Assembly: GCA_963709345.1 (NCBI GenBank)
Contig: CAVPVX010000007.1
Location: 416,001-480,000 of the forward strand
Origin: an uncultured Actinomycetes bacterium
Lineage (GTDB): Bacteria > Actinomycetota > Thermoleophilia > UBA2241
Direction of reading: 5' to 3'
Length of the DNA: 64,000 nt
Shown: one piece after another, positions 28,609 to 38,675 of the stretch
Layout of the letters: each line of letters opens with the position of its first letter
How positions within the stretch are numbered: position 1 is the first letter of the stretch
Notes under the pieces: generated by a model
What the model was told of the DNA's origin: nothing
Database searches by the model: none
What the model saw: only the letters and a program-made list of their open reading frames with translations
Program-made: the position numbers and the translations under genes

Positions 28609-30561
28609 GTGGCTGACGAGCCCAAGCTGTTCCCAGCGTCGCCCGAGTTCTCGCAGCACGCGTACTTCAAGTCGATGGACGAGTACGAGGCCGCGTACAA
28701 GCGGTCTGTCGAGGACCCCGAAGGCTATTGGTCCGAGCGCGCCAAGGATGCGCTGGTCTGGACGAAGGACTGGGACACGACGCTCGACTGGAGCTTCGAC
28801 CCTACCCCGTACGTCAAGTGGTTCCAGGGCGGCGAGCTCAACGCGTCCTACAACTGCCTCGACCGCCACGTCGAGGCCGGCAGGGGCGACAAGCCGGCGA
28901 TCATCTTCGAAGGCGACCCCGGCGACACCAGGACGCGCACCTACAAGGAGCTCCTCGACGAGGTCAGCCGGTTCGCCAACGTCCTCAAGAAGCACGGCGT
29001 GCAGAAGGGCGACCGCGTCGCCGTCTACCTGCCGATGATCGGCGAGCTGCCGGTCGTGCTCCTCGCCTGCGCGCGTCTGGGCGCCATCCACATGGTCGTC
29101 TTCGGCGGCTTCAGCGCCGAGGCCCTCAAGGCGCGCATCGACAACTGCGGCGCCAAGGTCCTCGTCTGCGCGGACAAGGGTCACCGCGGCGCCAAGAACA
29201 CGCCGTCCAAGACCAACGCCGACGTCGCCATCAGCGGCGAGACGACGGTCGAGACGGTCATCGTCGTCAAGCGCGTCGACGGCGATGTGCCGATGCAGGA
29301 TGGCCGCGACGTCTGGTACCACGACGAGATCGCGGCTCCCGACATCACCGCCGACTGTCCGCCCGTACCGGTCGATGCCGAGCATCCGCTCTTCATCCTC
29401 TATACGTCCGGCTCCACGGGAACGCCCAAGGGCGTGCTCCACAGCACCGGCGGCTATTTGCTCTACGCGCACGACACGGCCAAGTACGTGTTCAACCTGC
29501 ATGACGACGACATCCACTTCTGCACCGCCGACATCGGCTGGATCACGGGCCACAGCTACATCGTGTACGGTCCCCTGGCCGCCGGCGCCACCAGCATCCT
29601 CTTCGAGGGTCTGCCCACCTATCCGAAGCCGGACCGCTACTGGGAGGTCGTCGAGAAGCACAAGGCGACCACGATCTACACGGCGCCGACGGTGATCCGC
29701 AGCCTCATCGGCCAGGGCGACGAGTGGCCGGACGCGCACGACATGCCGTCGCTGCGCGTCATGGGCTCGGTCGGCGAGCCGATCGATGCCGGCAGCTGGC
29801 TCTGGTACTACGAGAAGATCGGCAAGGGCCGCATCCCGCTCTGCGACACGTGGTGGCAGACCGAGACCGGCGGCCTCATGATCACGCCGCTGCCCGGCGC
29901 CTCCACGCTGAAGCCCGCCTCTGCGAACCGCCCCTTCTTCGGCGTGCAGACTGCGGTGCTCACGGACAAGGGCGAGCCCGCCGGTGTCGGTGAGGACGGC
30001 CATCTCGTCATCACCGCCCCGTGGCCCGGCATGATCCGCGGCACGTGGGGTGACGTCGACGGCAAACGCTTCAAGGACGTCTACTTCTCGATGTTCAAGG
30101 GTTACTTCACCACCGGTGACGGCTGCGCCATCGACGCCGACGGCGACCACTGGCTCAAGGGCCGCATCGACGACGTGCTCAACGTCTCCGGCCACCGCAT
30201 CGGCACCTCCGACGTCGAGGGCGCGCTGGTCAGCTATCCCAAGGTGGCCGAGGCCGCCGTGGTCGGCTACCCGCACCCCATCAAGGGCACCGGCATCTAC
30301 GCCTACGTGACCCTCAACGACGGCGTCGAGCCGAGCGACGAACTCAAGAAGGAGCTCGTCGTGCACGTCCGCAAGGTCGTCGGACCCATCGCAACGCCGG
30401 ACAAGATGCAGTTCTCCTCCGGCCTGCCGAAGACCCGTTCCGGCAAGATCATGCGCCGCATCCTGCGCAAGATCGCCGAGGGCGAGTTCGACTCTCTGGG
30501 CGACACCTCCACCCTGGCCGACCCGGCCGTGGTCGAGGAGCTCAAGGAGCACAAGCAGTAG
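28609..30561 (+). CDS. acs: Acetyl-CoA synthetase (AMP-forming)
   Basis: YTSGSTGTPKG, DTWWQTETG, GRIDD, PKTRSGKIMRR. Confidence 0.95.
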   Translation: MADEPKLFPASPEFSQHAYFKSMDEYEAAYKRSVEDPEGYWSERAKDALVWTKDWDTTLDWSFDPTPYVKWFQGGELNASYNCLDRHVEAGRGDKPAIIFEGDPGDTRTRTYKELLDEVSRFANVLKKHGVQKGDRVAVYLPMIGELPVVLLACARLGAIHMVVFGGFSAEALKARIDNCGAKVLVCADKGHRGAKNTPSKTNADVAISGETTVETVIVVKRVDGDVPMQDGRDVWYHDEIAAPDITADCPPVPVDAEHPLFILYTSGSTGTPKGVLHSTGGYLLYAHDTAKYVFNLHDDDIHFCTADIGWITGHSYIVYGPLAAGATSILFEGLPTYPKPDRYWEVVEKHKATTIYTAPTVIRSLIGQGDEWPDAHDMPSLRVMGSVGEPIDAGSWLWYYEKIGKGRIPLCDTWWQTETGGLMITPLPGASTLKPASANRPFFGVQTAVLTDKGEPAGVGEDGHLVITAPWPGMIRGTWGDVDGKRFKDVYFSMFKGYFTTGDGCAIDADGDHWLKGRIDDVLNVSGHRIGTSDVEGALVSYPKVAEAAVVGYPHPIKGTGIYAYVTLNDGVEPSDELKKELVVHVRKVVGPIATPDKMQFSSGLPKTRSGKIMRRILRKIAEGEFDSLGDTSTLADPAVVEELKEHKQ

Positions 30562-30592
30562 CAGGCGCGTCTTCGAGGGAACGAACGCTCTC

Positions 30593-30631
30593 AAAGAGGG
30601 CGGGCGGCCGAAAAGGCCGCCCGCCCTCTTT
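30593..30631. terminator. Bidirectional intrinsic terminator
   Basis: AAAGAGGGCGGGCGGCC-GAAAA-GGCCGCCCGCCCTCTTT between convergent genes. Confidence 0.85.
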
Positions 30632-30685
30632 GACCTTCTGGTGCGCCGCCGGTCGCCCCGCGGGGCGACCGGCGGCGCTACCGGG

Positions 30686-32053
30686 TCACGGGCTCGGTGA
30701 AGCCGTCGGCGTGGGCGCACCCGTGGAGATGAGGATGCGCACCTTGCTGCCGGTGGCGGCCATGACTCCCTCGGACGGATCCTGCGCGATCACGACACCG
30801 GCGGCGACCGTCTCACTCGCCTCGTCGCCGGCAACGACGACGAAGCCGACGGCCGTGAGAGCCGACGTCGCGGCGCTCTCGGACTGCCCGACCACCCCCG
30901 GAACGGCCACGCTCGCCGGAGCCGTCGGCGACGGGGTCGCGGCGATGTCCAGATCTACGGCGGATCCCTCGTCCGCCTCGGCGCCAGCGGCGGGAGACTG
31001 CTTCACGACCGTGCCCTGCGGCGCCTCGTCACTGGGCACGTCGGTGACCTTGCCGGCCTTGAGTCCGGCCTGCTCGAGCGCCTTGCCCGCCCCGGCGGCG
31101 GTCATACCGCTCACGTCTGGCACCTCGACCTGCTTGGTCGACGAGTCCGAGGCGAAGGCGCCGAGCGCCCAGGCGGCGGCCAGCGCCGCGGCCGCGACGA
31201 TCAGGACGGCGACCACCCAGATCCAGGCCTTGCTGCGCGGCTTCTCGGGTGCCGGCTGCACCTGGGCTGATCCCAGCACGCGTTCGATGGATTCCTGGTA
31301 CTGCACCGCCGTGCCGCGCGCCCCCGGGTCCTTCTCGAGCGCGCGCATCACGATCTGGGCGAGTGCCGGAGGCACGGCCGGGTTGAGCAACTGTGGCGGC
31401 TGCACGACGCCGTCGAGCTGCTCCTGCGCGACGACGCGGCCGTCGGCGCCGTCAAAGGCGTGGCGCCCTGTGAGCAGCAGGTAGGTGACGAGGCCGAGCC
31501 GGTACACGTCGGAGGCGGGCGACGCGGCGCGCCCCGCCACCTCTTCCGGACTCAGATAGCGGGCCACGGCGGCGTCGGTGCCCGGCGCCAGGTCCGGTGG
31601 CGGGTAGGCGACGCCGAGGCCGGCACCCGTGAGCTTGACGGCACCGTCGCTGCCCCTGACGACGCTCGCCGGATCGACGCCTCCGTGGACGACACCGCGC
31701 TCATGCAACGCAGCCAGTCCGGCGGCGGCCTCGGCGGCCACGAGCGCCGCGTCCGCCGGGGTCAACGGGCCGCGAGCGGCGAGCCCCGCCGCGTCGGCGC
31801 CACCCGGGTCCTCGGTGACGACGAAGCAGTCGGCCCCGTCGCGCCCCGCTTCGACCACAGGAGCCACATCGAGGTGGCGCACGGCGGCCACGAGGCCCAT
31901 GGTGCGCAGAAAGCCGTCGGCATCCCGGGGCCGCACCACGGTCACGACGACCGGGCGCCCCTGCTCGTCGCGGCCCCGATACGCGGCCTCGGCTCGGCCT
32001 GGCGGAAGACGCTTGAGGTGCCGATACCGCTGGGCGTAGATGGGTTCGGCCAT
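30686..32053 (-). CDS. PknB-like Ser/Thr kinase fold + TM + 2 PASTA domains (catalytic motifs degenerate)
   Basis: YLSPE and SDVYRLG kinase C-lobe motifs; VPDVSG/VPGVVG PASTA repeats; HRD, DFG and VAIK are replaced. Confidence 0.85.
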   Translation of the reverse strand: MAEPIYAQRYRHLKRLPPGRAEAAYRGRDEQGRPVVVTVVRPRDADGFLRTMGLVAAVRHLDVAPVVEAGRDGADCFVVTEDPGGADAAGLAARGPLTPADAALVAAEAAAGLAALHERGVVHGGVDPASVVRGSDGAVKLTGAGLGVAYPPPDLAPGTDAAVARYLSPEEVAGRAASPASDVYRLGLVTYLLLTGRHAFDGADGRVVAQEQLDGVVQPPQLLNPAVPPALAQIVMRALEKDPGARGTAVQYQESIERVLGSAQVQPAPEKPRSKAWIWVVAVLIVAAAALAAAWALGAFASDSSTKQVEVPDVSGMTAAGAGKALEQAGLKAGKVTDVPSDEAPQGTVVKQSPAAGAEADEGSAVDLDIAATPSPTAPASVAVPGVVGQSESAATSALTAVGFVVVAGDEASETVAAGVVIAQDPSEGVMAATGSKVRILISTGAPTPTASPSP

Positions 32054-32327
32054 GGGTCCTCCTGCGATCCGGGTGCCGTCGCCCCGATTCCTTCCCACTC
32101 CCAGGGTCGCGAAACCGGCCTCGCCGCACATTCTGAGGGTGAACCGCCGGGCCGCACGGTCTAGAGTAGGCGCGGAGTCCCGCGCAGGACCACCATGATG
32201 ACGGGCAGACGTGCAGCCAGGGCCCGGCATCCATGCGCGGCGACACCCCTCGAGTCAGCGCGATGACTCGTCGTGGAAGCGCACGACGCGGCGGAACAGA
32301 GCAACCACGAAAGACGGGAACAACGAC

Positions 32328-35012
32328 ATGAGCACACGCAATCTCGACAAGCTCTTCGCGCCCACGAGTATCGCCGTCATCGGCGCCAGCAACAAGAAGG
32401 GCTCCGTCGGCTACATCCTGTTGCGCAACCTGATCGGCGCCGAGTATGAGGGGATCGTCTACCCCGTCAACGTCGCGGCGCAGTCGGTCCAGGGCATCCA
32501 GGCGTACGCGACCATCAGCCAGGTGCCGCGCAAGATCGACCTCGCCATCATCGCCGTGCCGGCCAAGGTCGTGCCGCAGACGATGCGCGAATGCGGCGAG
32601 GCCGGTGTCTCCGGCGCAGTGATCGTGAGCTCCGGCTTCAAGGAGGTCGGCAAAGAGGGCAAGCACCTCGAGGACGAGGTCAAGTCCATCGCCGAGAGCT
32701 ACGGGGTGCGCATCGTCGGCCCGAACTGCCTTGGCTACATCCGTCCGGCGGTGAACCTCAACGCCACCTTCGCACACGTCATCCCGCCGGCCGGACGCGT
32801 CGCGTTCTTCAGCCAGAGCGGCGCGCTGGGCACGGCCATCCTCGACTGGGCGGCGGCGAACAACATCGGCTTCAGCGCCTTCGTCAGCGTCGGATCGATG
32901 TGCGACGTCGATTTCGGCGACCTCATCGACTACTTCGGCGCGGACCCGCACACGAGCAGCATCATCCTGTACATCGAGGCGATCACCGACGCACGCAAGT
33001 TCATGAGTGCAGCGCGCCACTTCGCCAAGAGCAAGCCGATCATCGTCGTGAAGAGCGGCCGCACGGCGCGCAGTGCGCTTGCGGCTGCCAGCCACACCGG
33101 CGCGATTGCCGGCGATGACACGCTCTACAGCGCTGTCTTCCGCCGCGCCGGCGTAGTACGCGTCGACGAGATCGAAGACCTGTTCGACGCCAGCGAGGCG
33201 CTCAGTCGCGTCTCGAGTCCGCGCGGTCCGAACCTCGGCATCGTCACCAACGCCGGCGGCCCCGGCGTCATGGCCTGCGACCGGCTGCTCCACCTCGGCG
33301 GCGAACTCGCCGAGCTGAGCCCCGAGACCGACGAGAAGCTGCTTGCCACGCTGCCCGGCTTCGCCGCGCGCGGCAATCCCGTCGACGTCGGCGGGGACGC
33401 CGATGCACAACGCTACGCCGTGGCGGCACAGGCGCTCATCGACGACCCCAATTGCGACGGCGTACTCGCGATACTCACGCCCCAGGCGATGAGCGATCCC
33501 ACGGGCTCGGCCAAGGCGCTGATCGAGGTCTCGCGCAGCCACCAGCTCAAGCCGCTGCTCACATCGTTCATGGGCGAGATCAAGGTGGCCGAGGCCCAGC
33601 GCATGCTTCGCAACGCTCACGTTCCCACCTTCGACACGCCCGAAGACGCCGTGCGCGCGTACATGTACATGTACCAATACACACGGAACCTGGCGAACCT
33701 GTACGAGACACCCGACGACATCCTGCCGGACTTCGAACCCCACCGGGACGCGGTCAAGAAGATCTTCCTGGAGGTAGCGCGCGACGGGCGCAGCATCCTC
33801 AGCGAGCCCGAGGCCAAGATGGTGCTCGACGCCTATCGCATCCCAGCCGTGAAGACCGTGGTCGCGACGTCGGCGAAGGAGTGCGCCACGATGGCCGAGG
33901 AGATCGGCTTCCCCGTCGCCATCAAGATCCTGAGCCACAACATCACGCACAAGAGCGATGTGGGCGGCATCGCCCTCAACGTGCGCTCCGCCCCCGAGGC
34001 CGCCAATCAGTTCGTCAAGATCACCGAGCGCGTACACGAGGCCCAACCCGAAGCGACCATCATCGGCGTCACCGTACAGGCGATGAGCCGCGGCGGCTAC
34101 GAGGTCATCCTCGGCTCCAAGAAGGACCCCACCTTCGGCCCCGCCATGATGTTCGGCATGGGCGGGACCGGTGTCGAACTCTACCGCGACGTCGCCGTCG
34201 ACTTCCCGCCCGTCAACCAGGCACTCGCCAAATCGATGATCCAGAGCACCAAGGTCAGCCGACTGCTGGGCGGCTACCGCGGTAAGGCGCCCGTCGACAT
34301 GATCGCGCTCGAGCAGGCGCTCGTGAAGATGAGCTACCTGCTGGTCGACTTTCCCGAGATCCTCGAGATGGACATCAACCCGCTGCAGGTGCGGCCGGAC
34401 GGCATCTGCGCGCTGGACGCGCGCATCGTCATCGAGCCCAAAGACGTGCGCAAGATCCAGCTGCCGGGCGCCCATCTGATGATCTCCATGTACCCCAGCA
34501 AGTACCGCTGGGAGGTCCCGATGGACGGTGAGACCGTCGTCATGCGCGCCATCAGGCCGGAGGACGAACCGATGTGGAGCGACATGATCGAGTCGCTCTC
34601 GCCTGCGACCGCCGAGTACCGCTTCTTCGGGCCTATCAAAGAGGTCACGAAGTCGATGCTCGTGCGCTACTGTCACAACGACTACGACCGCGAGATCGCG
34701 CTGGTCGCCATCCGCGAACCCAAGGGCAGGAAGAAGCCCATGATGCTCGGCGTCGCCCGTCTGACGATCGAGACCTCCAACGTGGAGGAAGCGGAATTCG
34801 CGATCGTCATCCGCGACGCCTACCAGCGCAAGGGCATCGGCAGCAAGCTCATGGACGCGCTCATCCAGGCGGCCCGCGACCGCCACGTGCGCGAGATCAG
34901 AGGCCACGTGCTCACCGCAAACCCGGGGATGCGGCACTTCGCCGAAGACCTCGGGTTCGACATACGCCCGAGCGACGAGCCGAACGTGCGGGAGCTGGTG
35001 CTCAGACTCTAG
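32328..35012 (+). CDS. Acetate--CoA ligase (NDP-forming) family / GNAT acetyltransferase fusion (Pat-like)
   Basis: SIAVIGAS, GPNCLG, SQSG, ASHTG, NPVD, HKSDVGG, C-terminal GNAT (YQRKGIG). Confidence 0.92.
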   Translation: MSTRNLDKLFAPTSIAVIGASNKKGSVGYILLRNLIGAEYEGIVYPVNVAAQSVQGIQAYATISQVPRKIDLAIIAVPAKVVPQTMRECGEAGVSGAVIVSSGFKEVGKEGKHLEDEVKSIAESYGVRIVGPNCLGYIRPAVNLNATFAHVIPPAGRVAFFSQSGALGTAILDWAAANNIGFSAFVSVGSMCDVDFGDLIDYFGADPHTSSIILYIEAITDARKFMSAARHFAKSKPIIVVKSGRTARSALAAASHTGAIAGDDTLYSAVFRRAGVVRVDEIEDLFDASEALSRVSSPRGPNLGIVTNAGGPGVMACDRLLHLGGELAELSPETDEKLLATLPGFAARGNPVDVGGDADAQRYAVAAQALIDDPNCDGVLAILTPQAMSDPTGSAKALIEVSRSHQLKPLLTSFMGEIKVAEAQRMLRNAHVPTFDTPEDAVRAYMYMYQYTRNLANLYETPDDILPDFEPHRDAVKKIFLEVARDGRSILSEPEAKMVLDAYRIPAVKTVVATSAKECATMAEEIGFPVAIKILSHNITHKSDVGGIALNVRSAPEAANQFVKITERVHEAQPEATIIGVTVQAMSRGGYEVILGSKKDPTFGPAMMFGMGGTGVELYRDVAVDFPPVNQALAKSMIQSTKVSRLLGGYRGKAPVDMIALEQALVKMSYLLVDFPEILEMDINPLQVRPDGICALDARIVIEPKDVRKIQLPGAHLMISMYPSKYRWEVPMDGETVVMRAIRPEDEPMWSDMIESLSPATAEYRFFGPIKEVTKSMLVRYCHNDYDREIALVAIREPKGRKKPMMLGVARLTIETSNVEEAEFAIVIRDAYQRKGIGSKLMDALIQAARDRHVREIRGHVLTANPGMRHFAEDLGFDIRPSDEPNVRELVLRL

Positions 35013-37318
35013 TCGTCCCTGGTGGCCGGCAGGCGGAGGGTCGTCTCCGTCATCGTCCCGTCGCCGATGTGCCCGGGGAGCATGCCGGCCGGCCGGGCCG
35101 GGTAGAGCCCGGCGGCGCCGGATGGTAAGCCGTACGTGAAGTCGACGACGCGCAGCAGGACCGACGGGCCGGCGGCGAAGCGCAGCACCACGACGACGCC
35201 TTCCGGCGGAGGCGCATAGTAGTCGAACGACCAGCGCACCGTGGTGCCGTCGAGCAGCGTCGTGTCGCGGCCACCCAGGCGCTGCCCCTCGACGGCGGCG
35301 GTCAGATTGCCGACCACCGTGTGCACGAGCAGGCTGACGACCGCGGCGCCGCGGAACGAACGCAGCCGCAGGCGCACGGTGCGCCGGTCGCCGTCGGTCG
35401 TGTCCGAGAGTACGCGCAGTGAAGGCGAACGGAGTCCGAAGCGAGGCGCGGCGCCGATCAGCGTGTCCTGGGTGCCGAGTTGCGGGAAGTACGCTGCCAG
35501 GAACGGCGCCCGCAGCCGCTCGCGGAGAAAGCCGCGCGTGTAGTCGTCGAGCGGGTCGAGCGTCTGCCACACGGTCTCGCCGCCGGGTAGAGCCCGGTAG
35601 TAGACGCTGGTGAACTTCGGGTGTTCGCTGTCGAAAGCCACCGCCGACCCCACGGCGAAAAGGACGACGACGCCGGCCAGCGCAAGCGCCGCCGGCAGCC
35701 AGAGCCGGAAGGCGCGGACCACCGCCGCGAGCGGCAGCATCAGTAGCCCGGCCACCAGCCAGACGGCGATCACCGTGACCACCTGCTTGAGCCCCGCGGA
35801 AAGCAGGAGCAGGTGGGTCGCGGAACCGACGAGCAGCAACCCGGGCACCGCACCCGTCAGCGCGACCAGCACGGCGACATACGCCTGCGTTGCGCGCTCC
35901 CCGACCAGCGCGGCGCCGGTCAGGCCGAGCGCGCCGCCGGCAAGCGGCCAGACAAGGAGGTAGCTGGCGCCCGGGACGAGCACGCTCACCGCGACGGCGC
36001 CGGCCAGCCACCAGGCCAGCGCCACCGCTGCGAGATCCCAGACGCGCACCCGGCGTAGCAGTACCGCATACGCGGCGAGAACCGCCGCCGAGGCGAGCAG
36101 GACCAGACCCAGCCGATAGAGATCGCTGATCACCACGCCGGTATCGCTCCAGGCACGCTCCTCGTACGCCGTCCGGTACATCGCCCACACGACGCCCATC
36201 ACGCCGAGGGACGCCACCAGCGTGGCCCCGGTGCCGAGAGCCGACCAAGCGACGCCCGTGCGCGTGAGAAGGCGGCGGCGCACCGCGACCACGACCGAAG
36301 CGGCGTACAGCACGGCGGCAAGCGCCAGGAGCGGGAGCACCAGTCGGCGCGGATAGACCACTGCCAGTCCGTCGACGATGTCGAAGTACACAACGTCCTC
36401 ACGTCGCAGCCGCCAGAGGTCGAGGTCGCCGAGCCGGCGGCTGACCGCGAGCGCGGTCTCACCGGTATGCTGGAGTCCCGCCACGTCGAAATTGGCGAGG
36501 GAGTCATACGCGGTGTGATTGTGCGCCGGTCCGTCGAGCATCCCGAAGCTCATGCCGGGGATACCGCGCGCCACGAAGGGCCGAAAGTCACTGACGATCG
36601 GCTGCCGCCGTGACACTTCGTACATCAGCGACGACGTGTACGGCCTGGCCGCCGTGAGGTACTCACGTACCAACAACCCGTTGCCCGGGCTCGTCTCGTA
36701 CATGAGTGCCGGCGAGGACGACCCGGCGCTGTCGAAGTTGAGCACGACGCCCGCGGCGAATGCCCAGGAGTCGTCACGGAGAAAAGCCTGCGCGCCCAGG
36801 AGCCCGCGCTCTTCGCCATCGGTGAACAGCAAGATGATGTCGTTACGCGGCGGCGGACCCGAGCGGAGGGCGCGCGCCGTCTCGAGAAGTGCGGCCACGC
36901 CGCTGCCGTCGTCGGCCGCGCCCGGGGCGGTCGGCACGGAGTCGTAGTGCGCGATCAACAGGACCGCGCGCGAGGGATCACGCCCGGGCAGGCGCCCCGC
37001 CACGTTGTGCACGGTGCCGGCCACTCGCGGGTCGCGGGCGGAGACGACGGCCGCCGTCTGGATGTGGGGCCCCAGGCCGAGGCGCGACAGGCGGTCGTAG
37101 ATCGAGTCCCGCACCTCGGCCGCGTGGGCCGATCCCAGCGGGCGCGGCTCGGCGGCGATCTCCTCGAGCACCTCGAGGGCCCGCTCCGCCGAGAAGTCCG
37201 CGGCCGGCGCCGACGCCGGCTGAGGCCGTGGCGCGCCGAACGGCGTGACGGCGACCGCGACGACGCCGGCGACGGATCCCACGACGAGGACCGCGAGCAG
37301 GTACTTCCGCGCCTTCAT
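35009..37318 (-). CDS. Membrane M28 family metallopeptidase
   Basis: AHYDSV, GAADDGSG, FTDGEERGLLGA, HT..D followed by many TM segments. Confidence 0.9.
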   Translation of the reverse strand: MKARKYLLAVLVVGSVAGVVAVAVTPFGAPRPQPASAPAADFSAERALEVLEEIAAEPRPLGSAHAAEVRDSIYDRLSRLGLGPHIQTAAVVSARDPRVAGTVHNVAGRLPGRDPSRAVLLIAHYDSVPTAPGAADDGSGVAALLETARALRSGPPPRNDIILLFTDGEERGLLGAQAFLRDDSWAFAAGVVLNFDSAGSSSPALMYETSPGNGLLVREYLTAARPYTSSLMYEVSRRQPIVSDFRPFVARGIPGMSFGMLDGPAHNHTAYDSLANFDVAGLQHTGETALAVSRRLGDLDLWRLRREDVVYFDIVDGLAVVYPRRLVLPLLALAAVLYAASVVVAVRRRLLTRTGVAWSALGTGATLVASLGVMGVVWAMYRTAYEERAWSDTGVVISDLYRLGLVLLASAAVLAAYAVLLRRVRVWDLAAVALAWWLAGAVAVSVLVPGASYLLVWPLAGGALGLTGAALVGERATQAYVAVLVALTGAVPGLLLVGSATHLLLLSAGLKQVVTVIAVWLVAGLLMLPLAAVVRAFRLWLPAALALAGVVVLFAVGSAVAFDSEHPKFTSVYYRALPGGETVWQTLDPLDDYTRGFLRERLRAPFLAAYFPQLGTQDTLIGAAPRFGLRSPSLRVLSDTTDGDRRTVRLRLRSFRGAAVVSLLVHTVVGNLTAAVEGQRLGGRDTTLLDGTTVRWSFDYYAPPPEGVVVVLRFAAGPSVLLRVVDFTYGLPSGAAGLYPARPAGMLPGHIGDGTMTETTLRLPATRDD

Positions 37319-37379
37319 GCTCTCAATGTAGCCGCGAGCGGGCGGTTTGCAACTGCGCCCGGCGGCTCACACTCCCATC

Positions 37380-38261
37380 ATGACTCGCCCGCCCCGCAGT
37401 CCGTGGCCAACCGCTCCGCTCGCGCCTCCGGGAGACACGGTCATGGTCAGTGGCATGCGTCTCCACTTCGTGCGCTCGGGCGACGGCCCGCCGGTGGTCT
37501 ACATCCACGGCGCCAAGAGCTCCGTGTACGACCTCGTGCTCTCGATCGGCGACCGACTGGCCGAACGGTACACGGCGGTCGCCATCGACCGTCCCGGGTC
37601 GGGATTCAGCGACCGCGCGCCGACCGGCGACGCCACGCCGCAGGCACAGGCCGCGATCCTCCGCGCCGCCGCCGCGGAACTCGGACTCGAGCGGCCGATC
37701 CTCCTGGGGCACTCCTTCGGCGCCGCGGTGGCGCTCGCCTGGGCACTCGACGCGCCGGGCGAGGTCGCCGCGGTCGTGACGCTGGGGGGCTACGTCATCC
37801 CTCTCGGGGGCCCACCGCCCTGGGTGGTGGCCATGATGCGCTCGCGCACGACGCTGCGAGCCGTGGGCCGCCTCGGGCGGTCGCGCCTCGGGCGCCCGCT
37901 CGTCGACGCGGCGCTGCGACGCGCCTTCTACCCCGGGCCCGTGCCCGAGCGTTACGCCCGCCTTGCCCCGGCGCTCGCCCTCGACGACTCCCGGCTGATC
38001 AGCGACGGCGCCGACCGCAAGGGTGCGGAGGCGGGACTGCGCGCCCTCCTTCCGCGCTACGCAACACTGGACGTGCCGGTCGTCGTCGTGGTCGGCGACC
38101 AGGACCGCATGGTGCCGCCCTCGAGCTCGCTTGCGCTGAACGACACGCTGCCACGCTCCGAACTGGTCCGGCTCCCCGGCGCCGGGCACATGCCGCAGTT
38201 CACCGCGCCGGACGCGGTGCTCGCCGCCGTGGACCGCGCCGCGGAACTCGGCGGCCGCTGA
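37380..38261 (+). CDS. Alpha/beta fold hydrolase
   Basis: IHGA, DRPGSGFS, GHSFG, GDQD, GAGH. Confidence 0.88.
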   Translation: MTRPPRSPWPTAPLAPPGDTVMVSGMRLHFVRSGDGPPVVYIHGAKSSVYDLVLSIGDRLAERYTAVAIDRPGSGFSDRAPTGDATPQAQAAILRAAAAELGLERPILLGHSFGAAVALAWALDAPGEVAAVVTLGGYVIPLGGPPPWVVAMMRSRTTLRAVGRLGRSRLGRPLVDAALRRAFYPGPVPERYARLAPALALDDSRLISDGADRKGAEAGLRALLPRYATLDVPVVVVVGDQDRMVPPSSSLALNDTLPRSELVRLPGAGHMPQFTAPDAVLAAVDRAAELGGR

Positions 38262-38364
38262 CGCGGCCACAGGCGGCGAAGAACCCTGCGGCCGGTCGCC
38301 GGGCGGCGGCCGGAGCTGCGCCGCCGCGTTTGCTTCTGGCGACCGCCCGGCGTAGCATCCTAGC

Positions 38365-38636
38365 CGGTCGCGCTAGGCGGGGAGCCAGCGGTGCCCTGTA
38401 CCCGCAATCCGCTACAGCGGGGCTGAATCCCCGCCCGAGGGGCCGTTCCGCGAGGCTGTCAGCCGTGTCGCGGCGTTGAAGGTCGGGTCCTACGCAATGG
38501 AACCCTGCGAACCCCGTCAGGTCCGGGAGGAAGCAGCGGTAAGCAGGCCATTCCATGTGCCGCAGGGTCGCCTGACCGGAGCTTGCGCACGGCGAGGACG
38601 CTCGGAGAACGCGCTTCGACGGCGGGTGCGCGACCG
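38365..38636 (+). ncRNA. ffs: Signal recognition particle RNA, large (Alu-domain) type
   Basis: Helix 8 core TCAGGTCCGGGAGGAAGCAGC; 5' Alu-like segment GCGGTGCCCTGTACCCGCAATCCGC; terminal pairing CGGTCGCGC/GCGCGACCG; lies upstream of dnaX. Confidence 0.9.
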
Positions 38637-38675
38637 CTACTTTCTCATCTCACACCGGGGTAGACTAGCCGTCCG

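Noticed and set aside
31701-36248. 1515 aa minus-strand ORF and other long antisense ORFs
   Set aside because: Shadow frames of real genes in high-GC DNA, with no recognisable motifs
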